Source of the DNA: Azolla caroliniana | Taxonomy: Eukaryota; Plantae; Polypodiophyta | Length of the DNA: 64,000 nucleotides | Direction: 5' to 3' | Assembly (NCBI GenBank): GCA_043228905.1 | Contig: JBHGNT010000004.1 | Coordinates: 24,986,001-25,050,000, forward strand | Shown: positions 53,451 through 64,000 of the stretch, in pieces | How positions within the stretch are numbered: the first letter of the stretch is position 1 | Layout of the letters: every line of letters starts with the position of its first letter | Notes under the pieces: model-generated | The model's input: only the letters and a program-made list of their open reading frames with translations | What the model was told of the DNA's origin: nothing | Databases searched by the model: none | Made by a program: the position numbers and the translations under genes

Positions 53451-54331
53451 TATATCATGTATGCAACAAAGCGTGTTATTTGACTTGGGAGTTGGGTGAG
53501 AGTTATGAGAGTGAGAGACATGGAGATTTACTAGGAAAGGAAGAGGATCGAGGCCTTCTAATAATGAGAAATATGGCTAGATAATTGATGAAGCATGATA
53601 AAGAATGGGAAGACAAACCATACGCATTCATGAAATAGAGGGTTTGACTTGTGAAATGGATGGATTAACTTACAAGATTTGAAAGCCTAATGAATCATTA
53701 GAGACGTTTTTCTATGGTGTACACATATCAATGCATGTAGTTGTTGACATAATAGTAAGCAACTTAATGTTTTGAAAATGTAAACTAATTTGTATGCATT
53801 GATGTCCACACTCACTACCACTAAGGACGACCTCAAAAATCAAATTCATCTTTCATTGGCTCCATAATGAATGTGTGGGGCCTTATATATGCAACAAAGG
53901 TCCATATTGAGTGAGTAAAACTGGTCTATTGTCAATGGGGAGGTACACCAATTGATTTATGTGCCATATTCATTTATCATCAATGTTAGTAGTTCCCCTT
54001 TACTATTTTAGTGAAATGTATAAGGGATATTGTAAAAACCTTAAGAAAGATTAATTAGCCAACCATTAGCACTTGAAGCCAATCTAATATTCGGCCCCAT
54101 GAATTAGTTCAAGATAATACAAAACATGTCTACACCCTGCAATTGTGTACCTCATGCATATGAATCCTCACCAAGTATATCCTAGAAAAAGGAAGTGGTT
54201 GTTGCCAACCTATTTAGTTATTTTTTTCTCAGAGAAAATAAAAACTAGACCTATCTTATGCCAAGCATAAAATATGACAGGCTTTAAAGACGATCAAATC
54301 CAAGAGATTGATTGGTTTTGCTAAGAGTGTG

Positions 54332-54527
54332 AGATAGGGTTGATGTGTTGTTCAAGGGTGTGTACTAGGCCAAGGTAAATACGCTTAGGTTTCACCTGAA
54401 GTGTTGATTGAACCCAAGATATTGATTGGGTACGGTGGAGTTGCACGATAGAGTTGATGAGGTGTTTAAGGGTATACAACACGTCAAGGCAAACAAGCAA
54501 ACTTAGGTGTCACTTGAAACGTTGCTC
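54332..54527. repeat. ~115-bp-period tandem duplication
   Basis: GATAG(G/A)GTTGATG..TGTT(C/T)AAGGGT..CAAGG..CTTAGGT(T/G)TCAC(C/T)TGAA occurs twice. Confidence 0.6.
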
Positions 54528-56811
54528 TCAAACACAAAATAATGGGTTTCAAATTTCATATGATCTTAAATCATAAATAAAATAATACACAATTAATAAA
54601 ATAAATATATGGATTAATTTATTTTTTAAATTACATTATTCTAAATAATAAAAAAATCTACTATTTTTTATTTCTAAAATAAAAAAGACCGGGTCAATCT
54701 ACTACTTCGGTTTTTTTTAGCCCCTTTTTTTACCACCGCCACCAACACATATGCAATGGTCTCTTCTCATCATGGCCTTGCTTCCCTCTCTTCGATACTA
54801 CTAAACAACTATCGATGGAACACTTTCTTTACACATCGATACAAAACATTCATGTGTCATCCATAAACTCCATGTCCGTTTAATACTTATCGTATATAAA
54901 AAGACCTTTTTGTGTGGGTCATCATCGATTGGAGATGAGTCCTTTATGTTCACAATCCTATAGGTATTAAAACAAACAAAAATAAGCTTATGCCATTGGT
55001 GTTATGCTCGAGAAAGTAGCATCAAAAGTATGCATTCTGCAACACAATACAATTGTGCCTTAAAAGATGCAAATATCTTGTTTTAAGACAAGCTCTCCAA
55101 TTGAGAACTAAAGAAATTGAATTCTTATGTGTTACATTTCAAATGTTTATCAACTGAGGTCATGATGCAAGAAAAGTGGTCATGGGTATGAGGGAGAGTT
55201 CATGTTAAACAAGACAATTCATTAGTTTGTTGAGCTTCACATATAAATGGTGACACATCCTAATTTATTCTCTAGGTCTTAAAACATGACAATTATGACC
55301 TTCCCTTATGTAACCATTTCTCCGACTTCAGAACTATGGAAGCAAGGTTGCGTGGTTCGAGTGAATATACCAATAAGTCCATTAAAAAAGGTTATTGTCA
55401 TGTCAATATAATATACTTATAGGATACTTTTTGTAAAGAAGAATTATTGGGTGTTCATTGGCTTAGTGGTTTGTGCATTACCTCCTACCTAGGAGAGGCT
55501 TTATTGACTTACAATTTATATTTGACCTCATACGATGATACTCTCCCTCTATCTCATACATAATTGAGCCCATGCCATTGTGTACCATCCACATAATTTC
55601 TTCCAATTAACTGAGCTAACATTCTCTTCTATGTGAAACAAGGCATCGCCAATTCAAAGTTGGCACCAAACGTTTGTGAGTTCGAGCTTCGATCACATTC
55701 AAGTTTGCTTTCCCCACATTTTCAACCCCAAACATCCTTACCCTTGTTTCCTTTTAGTCACAATGTTCATCTTCAAGATTGACATTAATGAGTCAAATTC
55801 TTGAGCATTGACACTCACTAATCAACTGCACACCCATTGGGTAAAAGTGATTCACTTTGCTCCATAGGTCAATTTCATCTCTGATGATGATAGTACAATC
55901 ACAATCTCACTCTCACTCCATGTAAATGTACAATAATATAATAGTAGGTTAACATTCTATCCTAGGATGATCACATCACATGTGGACTTTGCAATTGTTT
56001 ATACATAACACAATTCAACCATGCTAAAGGATAAAGACATTCCTAAGACAATGTCTCAAATTCCTCATTCAATAGTCCTTGCAAACGGTGCACACGTTGG
56101 ACAAATTCGTGTTTCCATCCAACAAGAAAGCATTATGGTTATGGCATAACCCAAAATTCATTAGCACTTTATAAGAACAATAACCACTAATACGAGGGGT
56201 CATCTTTACCCCACAATCAAAATTTAAAGTTGGGAAATGACTTTCCTAATATCGTTGCAAAAGTGGTGTATATATGAAAACAATAAAGATAAAGGCCCTA
56301 TTGTCCTTACTACTATAATAAAGTAAACTACCCAAAGTTTGAAGGACATTGTCCCATGTAAAAGGCATTTTTCATTGTTGCCAACACACCTATTGTGTAA
56401 CTCCAGGAAACCATGAACTAATAACACATTTCATATTCTCCATATGTACCATAGGCCCCAATACCTAAGACAGTCAAACCATGCCTTAAAGTACGGGGAA
56501 GGTAAAGCTTTTGCTTCTTGTGTGAACATCCATTGAAAGGGTGACAAAAATATCCTAGTTAATGATGCCCAAAGTTTTTACACAATAACCCAAATGTATT
56601 TAGCAAATGGCATTATTTTTCTTTTAATGTAGGTTGTTGCACTTCATTAGTCACCTAACTTATAGAATCTTAGATTAATATATACACTTATTTTAATTTT
56701 AGGGTGTAATTATTAATACTTATCAAAATTAAGAGTTAATGACAAATGCATATAACTATGGAGATATTAAAATAGATAGATGTGGGGTGGGGCCATAAGG
56801 GCTTCCATCTC

Positions 56812-57187
56812 CAATGGTGCAACGGTTCGGTTCAGTTTAGGTTTTTTAAACAGTTCGGTTCGGTTTAACGGTCATTTATTTTTTTAAAATTTTTAAATAT
56901 TTTTTTTAAAATTAAAAAAAATTGTTTTAAAACTATCTTTTCATTTTCAAGCCTTATTCTCACATTTTAGGAAAATCTTTAAAATTTTGAAAATTTAAAA
57001 TAATAAAATGTTTTAAATTTAAAAATTTTGATGCAAGTTGAAAACCGAAACCGAACCATGAGACCCCGGTTTTAATGGTTTGAAATTTTTTTAACGATTT
57101 CGAGGTTTGGTCCAGGTTTCAAAAATTTTTAACGGTTTGGTTTTGACACTCTCAAACCGAACCGAACCGTCGTTGATTGTTACTCAG
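56812..57187 (-). mobile_element. Second copy of the AACCG-rich MITE, inverted relative to the copy at 43231
   Basis: Has its own imperfect inverted ends, CAATGGTGCAACGGTTCGGTT and AACCGAACCGTCGTTGATTG. Shares the core AAAATGTGA.AATAAGGC.TGAAAATGAAAAGAT. Confidence 0.8.
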
Positions 57188-57299
57188 ATACACACACACA
57201 ATTTTTATTATCGTCTTTGGAGGTCAAATATGACCTATGAAACAAAAAATAATACATTTTCATGTAATACATGTGAAAGGAGGGAGTGGTGACTCTCGA

Positions 57300-58010
57300 C
57301 ATTCAAGAACATTGTTGATAAATGTTGCAATCAAAGATGTGTGGAAGGAGTAATCAAATCTAAGCAAAGGCATAACAATGTATTAGAGGGTGTGATACTA
57401 AGACTCATGAACTTGTTTAGGGAAAAATGCATAGTCGACTACTTTCATCACTTGTGCCCCAACATCCCCTTTGACATCATTGTGGTCAAAGAGACTCTAT
57501 TCGGGATACACTGACAATGGGTGCGGGGAGTATGCTCTTATATGGCACTCATGTATGCATTCAGAAGGAAATATTCAAATTATATGGGCAAGATGAAGAA
57601 GCATTGAATCATCTTGGATCATTGCAATGTCAAGCCATTGTTAAGGAATAATTTTATGGTTGGCAATGCATTGGTGGATATGCATACCAACTGTGGTGGA
57701 CTCATTCAAGCATTAGTGGTATGTGCGGAATAATAAAGGTTTTTCAGCTTTGCACAACCATGGCGTACAATATGTGCATGTATTTTAGATGTGGAAACTT
57801 GGAAGAAACATTCACTGTCTTGTAGCATAGTCGACATGTGGTGTCTTACGACGTAATGATTTCTGGGTATGTGCGGAATAGTGAAGGCATGTACATGCTT
57901 TGACAATATAGATAGGGGGAAATTGTGCTCAAATGAAGCTATGAAATTGGATCCTGATACAATAGTAGGATATGCATTGATGTCAAGCATGTATGTTGAA
58001 AGTCACATAG
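57300..58010 (+). pseudogene. Degenerate PLS/E-class PPR gene fragments
   Basis: DNFMVGNALVDMHTNCGGLIQA and E-motif-like GKLCSNEAMKLDPDTIVGYALMSSMY, with frameshifts and stops. Confidence 0.7.
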
Positions 58011-58404
58011 TGGTGGCTATATATCTCCCAATTCATCTCTCATTTTTGTGAAATAACTGGGTTGTATTTTGTAGTAGATATGCTTTTTAAAACTAATGGA
58101 AGGATATATTGTTTAGAAAAAAAAAGAAAAAGAAAAACATCCACTTTGACATCATAGTGAGTGTGAGCTATATTAAATGGAAGCATTTGTTAGGATGGCA
58201 GATAACATGATAGACTCTAACATGCATTGACATGTGAGCTTTCCCGTTCGGCAAAAATATGCATTTGTAGTTAGATGCAACATATGTAATATAATTTATG
58301 TGTGAAGTGTGAGCTCCAACGTTTTCTCCATGTCTTGATACATTGGGGTAGAAAAAGGCCTCATTCATACACATTGAATCTCAATATACTTCTTCTCTAA
58401 TAGT

Positions 58405-58632
58405 TCAATCCCTAATAAGAATAAATTGGCTTAGTTACCTTGTAAATATAGGATCTTGGTAAGCAAGGTATATATGTAATTCAACCCTCCCTAATAAGAA
58501 TAACTATCAATTAGTTTAGTTACCTTGTAAATGTAGGATGTCAATGTACAAAGTATATTCTTCTTCTTTGGTAGTGCACTTCCTAATAAGAATAACCATG
58601 GGATAACTATCAATTAACGTAGTTATCTTGTA
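58405..58632. repeat. ~80-90-bp tandem repeat, 3 copies
   Basis: CCTAATAAGAATAA...TAGTTA(C/T)CTTGTA occurs at ~58411, 58490 and 58582. Confidence 0.7.
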
Positions 58633-59010
58633 GCTGAACTAGATGTTTTGTTGTGCGGACACCTTGCACATTATAGTTATGTCAGATGGGTAACAACTAG
58701 GCATGCAACGAATTTGTGCATGGTATTCTCATTCACTATTTTGTAAAAACATGTCTCATCCAAAATGTGTTGTCATTTGAACATTGTCACCAAAGGAAAC
58801 CTATTGACCATTACGTATTAAAGACAATTATTTTGAATGGAATAGAAGATGAGACCTAACAAGGGCTACAACCATGGGCAAAACAAAAAATGATTGCATA
58901 ATATGATCAACTCAAGAGGTATATAAAACTTGGTTTTCATAGTTCTTTATGCTATAATAATGTACTATGGAAAGAAACACTGTATTGTAAAAGTGTGAGA
59001 CTATGTATAT

Positions 59011-59241
59011 TAAGAGTCCGCAACGGCTCGACTCAAGCCTAAACTGAGTCGTTAAATCATTTGGCGGTTCATGCTCAAGCTAGGCCAAACCGGTTAAGGC
59101 TAAAGATTTGGTCAAATTGGTTAAACTTTAACCTGTTTGGTTCAAGTTTGAAAACTTCCAAACCGATTAAGGCTTAACTGATTTGGTTTGGAGAAGCCCA
59201 AACTAGTTAAGTTGAAACCGTATTGGTACCAATTCACTCTA
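59011..59241. mobile_element. Degenerate AACCG-type MITE relative
   Basis: TAAGAGT..GCAACGG start, ..ACTCTA end, and decayed AAACCGGTTAAGGC repeats. A similarly decayed copy lies near 60100-60330. Confidence 0.4.
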
Positions 59242-59402
59242 CATGGTCACACATTTGATTCATACTTGGGCACTTCCTTTCCGTCCTAAGGGAAGAGTCA
59301 AGCTTATCCAACATATCAACCAATTTGTCATCATTGTAAAGTAGTACATACTTTCATGCCTTATTCCCATCTATATGAAGCATGTCCTAATAAATACTAT
59401 CG

Positions 59403-59835
59403 ATGTTTATAGTGGTGACTTCAAAGCATTACACATCCATGGTTGATCTTTTTGGTTGGCTTGGATTGTCTGAGCATTCAATAGTATTGATAGAGAACAT
59501 TCCAACTTCAGACTATCTCCCAACGTGGGCAACACTATTGGGTTCTTGTCAAAGATTGGGAAATATAAAGCTTGCAAAGCTTGCCTTCGATTATGCAATA
59601 CATTTGGATGAATTTTATAAGGTAATTTTTTTTAGATCCTAGTAAGCAACATGCTTTTAGATGCATATGGCAAATGTGGCAGCATCAAAGAAGTACAAAA
59701 TATTTTCAATGCTCTATCTGCAAGGGACATTGCATATTGGAATGCAATGAACCATGATGGACATATGGTTGTCCAATGTTTCAAATGTTTGCTGAAATCG
59801 GGTTTAAAACTTGATGCAACCACATTCAAATGCAA
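59403..59835 (+). pseudogene. PLS/E-class PPR pseudogene fragments
   Basis: HYTSMVDLFGWLG..IENIP..TWATLLGSCQRLGNIKLAKLAFDYAIHLDE (S2-E1), then NMLLDAYGKCGSIKEVQNIFNALSARDIAYWNAM..GLKLDATTF (S-P). Confidence 0.85.
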
Positions 59836-62229
59836 TATTCATTGTAATTTGTAATGTGGACTATTTTAATACCAATGGAGGATATTTTTTATGGAAAAAA
59901 AAAACTATCGATGTTTTTTGTAACATAGCACACAAGTTACATCATTGGTCCCAAAAGGATACATAATACAATAATCATGTCTCTTTGTTCTCAAGATATA
60001 TCCATGGAATCAAACAAGAACGTTCACCACTAAGTTCTTTGTTTAACATTTTTTTGTTTCACTAATGGATTGATTCATAGGTTTTTTGTTTAATATTTTA
60101 ATCTATTTAACTTAGATGCTTTTTCAATTTTATGTTTTTTTGTTTAATTGTTTAACTAAATTGACACAAATGGTTAAGTTAAATAATGATGAAATGGTTA
60201 GGTTTGTTTCAACTTTTCCTTCAAGGGTTTGGTTTTAATGGGTTGGTAGTTCTTAAAATGGACTTTTTTATGCGTAAATGGTCCAGTTTGGTTTCAAGAT
60301 TGAAGGCCCAAATTTTGAAACTGAATCGGGCCTATATATATATATATATATGTGTTTCTAAGTTCTTGCCTACAATAAAACTTCATGTACGTTACAAATG
60401 TATTTCTGACCGTAAATAACATCGTAATAAATAATCATATATCCTAAGAGGACAACAATAATTTCTCTGGAAAAAAAGAGAGGTACTTGAACCTTACTAA
60501 AAAATTGCAAAAAGTAACAAGAGCAAGACAACAATAGAAAAATTTCATTTCCTATTATAGGAACAAATCAAAATTCCCTATATGGATGTGATTTCAAGCA
60601 TATATTCACAGCATCATAACGAGAATGTTAATCATCTTTCAACATTTTTTTTGATGCCTAAAACAAACATGGAAGATAATAATTGGCTTCAAATGGAGCA
60701 CTTGAAACGATGAGATCTATGCCTTTATGGATAGGGTCTTTCAATATTATTCCATGAAGCGAAACAAAGCAACATATACCTTATATGTCGTAATCACATC
60801 AAGTTTGACATTCATCTTACTGTGATTTGAGAGTATGTTTTGTGAACTTTTGAGACACATGCTTTATTGTCGTCTGTAAGAAATACTCCATTCAAGTCTT
60901 AAAAATACGATGCATGAAGCAATATATATTACAAAAGCCTTATGTCCGGAGTAAAGATTGTAAAGTACAAGATAGGATATATGGAAAGTAGAATTTGACA
61001 CTTAATGATCTGTTCATCACAAAGTATTAATATTCTAGTAACATTGCCCATACCTATTGCAATACACAATAGGAACCCTTAGGGAGTGAAAACATTATTG
61101 CATCTTTAGATGCAAATAGCCATAACCTATAATATAGGTGGAAAAAGGGGCCTGATAGACTATTTGTTTTTCATTATTTGTTCATTGAGGTTGTCTTTAT
61201 TAAGTCTATCAAGTTATACCCATGATAGAGTAACTCTCTACTACCAATTATGGCACAATGCTAAATTTGTGTCATAGGCGAATGATGACCATGGAAAACA
61301 AGTTTCATTTCAATATTGTGTGCATCCATGGTTTGAGGAACCATATGAGTATTCCTTTGTGCGTTCCTTAGAGTCAATGCCATGACAAAGTTCAATACAT
61401 GGGCACAAACATAAGACACACAGAAACACCTTTTTTTGAAAGTGTGGACTATATTGAAATGCCATGTCTGAACAAGGATTTTCTAGTTGGTCTAAGAAAG
61501 TGAACTTTGGGAATGTCAACAAGAAAGCCAGACTTGGGTTTGCATTTTTCAACAACAATGTTTGAACAACATAAATTTATTTAAATGACGATTCATAGCT
61601 AATTATTATTGCAAAATAAGTAAATCGTATTAACCTTTTTGCCATGAAACAAGTGCCTCTAATTTAAACAAGTCAGCTCAAAACTACAAGTTTCTCTTTT
61701 TCTTGACCTCCTTTAGAGTGTGGAGTTTATAGTTTATTAGTATTTTGTGTTAAAACTACAAGTGAGGATGGAAAGCATATACATTACCTAATACAAAGTG
61801 TTATGGTTTGAATTTTATTATAGAAGGGCTTAGAATGCGAATAGTTGATAGTTTTAGGGGATCGTTTACAAGTAGAGTTTAAGTTCAAAATTTACACTTA
61901 CATCATTACTAATACTCCCAGTATACATATGAAGAGAACAAGCATGGGCAAGTACGTGGTACACCTGATCAATTCAATGTTGATACTCCTATTCTCATTA
62001 AACTTAGCAGTTAAGCACGTGACGAAGAGAGGACAAAAGCATGTGTTTGAAATGGGTGTGCACAAGGAGTCCAAATTAGATAATCAAGCCTCTAAATGTT
62101 CAAAAACTTGAAGAGACTGTACGAGGAAACAAAAGATGAGCGAACCAAGCATGTAATCATATCAATCAAAGAGATGCATGCTCTCGCGTGTGCGTGCTCG
62201 TGTGCGCACCCACATACACTCAATATATA

Positions 62230-62470
62230 TACACAGTGTAAGACGCACAATACTACACTCAATATAAAAGACACATTCTATATGCAATGGAATACAATAC
62301 AATATAAAATGGATACTCAATATACAAGACACATACTATATGCAATGCAATACAATACAATATATAAATACATACTCGATATACAAGCCACATACTATAT
62401 GCAATGCAATAAAATACAATATAAAATACATGGTACAATATGCAATATAAAAATACAAATTATACATGGG
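62230..62470. repeat. Degenerate (CAATA)n-rich tract upstream of the LRR-RLK
   Basis: Repeated CATACTATATGCAATGCAATA(C/A)AATACAATATAAA units. Confidence 0.65.
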
Positions 62471-62631
62471 CACAAAGTGCATACATAGGCAATGAAAGTT
62501 AAATGAAAGAATGTGCTGAATCAACTGAATGTGACTCAACACACACACACATATATAAAGAAAAGGAGTGAATGCTCTTTTAGTTTCAAGCAAAACAAAG
62601 ATTGGGGTCCTCTTTGCTTAGCTTGCTTGCT

Positions 62632-64000
62632 ATGAAGAAGAAGAAGGCATGTATCCCTCACATCACCCTACTACTCCTACACATGTTGATGGAGGCAAGT
62701 AGTGTATCCGTGGTTCGCAGCACCGGCCTCTCGACGGAAGGCGCTGCCCTTCTCGAGCTCAAGGCCGGCTTCGATGACCCGTTCGGCCACCTATCGGATT
62801 GGCAACCCCCAAGCGCAACCACGGCCACCACATTATTCCCGTGCGCGTGGACCGGCGTGACCTGCAACACGTCCGCCTCGGTCACGGGCCTCGACCTCTC
62901 ACAACGCAACTTATCGGGCACCCTCTCCGATGCCGCCTTCCGGGGCCTCCCTTGGCTCACCTCCTTCAATGTCTCTTGTAACTCGCTCTCGGGTCCGCTC
63001 CCTTCGTCTCTTTTCTCCCACATCCTGGGCCTCGTGTCTCTCGACCTGAGCCGCAACTACTTCGAAGCTGAATTCCCACCCATCTCACCGGACTCCCTCT
63101 CAGCCCTCTCCTTCTTCTCCGCCTATAGCAACAACTTCACGGGCGCGATCCCGGCCGCATTCTCCCAGCTCCCCCAGCTCCGGCACCTCGACTTGGGCGG
63201 TAGCTTCTTCCAAGGCCCCATCCCGCCTCAACTCGGTAGCCTCTCCTCCCTCACGTACCTCGGCCTCTCGGGGAACCTCCTTGTTGGGCCCATCCCTCCT
63301 GAGCTCGGCATGCTCTCGCAACTCCAACACATGGTCATTGGGTACAACAAGTTTAGTAGCCATATCCCACCTGAATTGGGCAACCTTACTAACCTCCTCT
63401 ACATGGACCTTTGTTGTACCAATCTCTCCGGCCCCATTCCCTCGGAGTTTGGCCGGCTCAAGTCTCTAAACACGCTCTTTCTCTACCGGAACAGCCTCAC
63501 CGGGCCCATCCCGCCCGACCTCGGCCAAATGTCCTCCCTCATGTCCCTCGACTTGTCGGTCAATAACCTCTCGGGAAGCGTCCCAGCCGAGTTCGGCCGC
63601 CTCCGGAGCCTCACATTGTTGAGCTTGATGTATAACAACCTCGACGGACCCCTCCCGCAAGGCATCGGAGACTTGCCCAATCTCCTAACCCTCTTGATAT
63701 GGAATAACTCTTTCTCCGGACCTCTTCCAGCCACGCTAGGCCGAGCTTCACCCCTCCAATGGCTCGACGTCTCCTCTAATCTCTTCGACGGCCCGATCCC
63801 GCCTGATTTGTGCCTTCATTCCAACCTCACCAAGCTCATCATGTTCTCAAATCGGCTGTCCGGCCCCATCCCTGAGAGCATAGCGAGGTGCCCGTCTCTT
63901 CTCCGGGTGCGAATGCAAAACAACCGACTAACCGGACCGATCCCCACGGGGTTCGGATCTCTCCCGAAGCTCACTCGGCTAGAGTTTCAACACAACTTCC
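62632..64000 (+). CDS. LRR-XI receptor-like kinase, TDR/PXY(-like) CLE-peptide receptor clade; 3'-truncated by the window
   Basis: Absent from the ORF track because it has no stop before the window end. Open from ATG 62632: signal peptide MKKKKACIPHITLLLLHML.., LRRNT (ALLELK..DW..CAWTGVTC), then plant LRRs including SAYSNNFTG, DLGGSFFQG, LSGN, IGYN, LFLYRN, LDLSVN, LIWNNSFSG, LDVSSN and the LRVRMQNN RxR motif. The kinase domain is not visible. Confidence 0.9.
   Translation, partial: MKKKKACIPHITLLLLHMLMEASSVSVVRSTGLSTEGAALLELKAGFDDPFGHLSDWQPPSATTATTLFPCAWTGVTCNTSASVTGLDLSQRNLSGTLSDAAFRGLPWLTSFNVSCNSLSGPLPSSLFSHILGLVSLDLSRNYFEAEFPPISPDSLSALSFFSAYSNNFTGAIPAAFSQLPQLRHLDLGGSFFQGPIPPQLGSLSSLTYLGLSGNLLVGPIPPELGMLSQLQHMVIGYNKFSSHIPPELGNLTNLLYMDLCCTNLSGPIPSEFGRLKSLNTLFLYRNSLTGPIPPDLGQMSSLMSLDLSVNNLSGSVPAEFGRLRSLTLLSLMYNNLDGPLPQGIGDLPNLLTLLIWNNSFSGPLPATLGRASPLQWLDVSSNLFDGPIPPDLCLHSNLTKLIMFSNRLSGPIPESIARCPSLLRVRMQNNRLTGPIPTGFGSLPKLTRLEFQHNF

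Noticed and set aside
55000-56600. Possible gypsy RT/protease debris
   Set aside because: Only vague similarity; cannot be supported by eye.
58405-58632. CRISPR-like repeat-spacer pattern (also 13643-13762, 29365-29540)
   Set aside because: The context is eukaryotic, the units are degenerate, the spacers are related to each other, and there are no cas genes. These are ordinary tandem duplications.
62658-63734. Short ORFs listed in the track on both strands
   Set aside because: Shadows of the LRR-RLK frame starting at 62632.

Overview
Eukaryotic nuclear DNA from a land plant, probably a fern. This is an inference from the PLS/E-class PPR debris, the plastid-derived trnL fragment whose 5' exon ends in CTC, and the LINE and microsatellite content. 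The left half (1-31.5 kb) is gene-dense. It holds the 3' part of an apparently intact Ty1/copia element with PPT and 3' LTR, lying in the last intron of a minus-strand GH36 alkaline alpha-galactosidase/seed-imbibition (SIP) gene. It also holds a divergently transcribed monodehydroascorbate reductase, a plant WLPFxPxxSxWxP-family protein, tRNA-Pro(UGG), an MPS1/PRD2-like meiotic gene, and a two-exon membrane protein whose intron carries LINE fragments. The right half is mostly degenerate LINE, gypsy, MITE and PPR debris. It contains one GC-rich intronless PGG-domain-like gene, preceded by a very dense TAAT/ATTA cluster, and the 5' part of a TDR/PXY-like LRR receptor kinase at the window end. 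Less obvious structure includes two plastid tRNA-derived insertions, an intronic inverted repeat covering a 3' splice site, and a tandemly duplicated splice acceptor. I found no clear-cut novel multi-gene system; the best candidates are listed as findings. All exon coordinates were read by hand.
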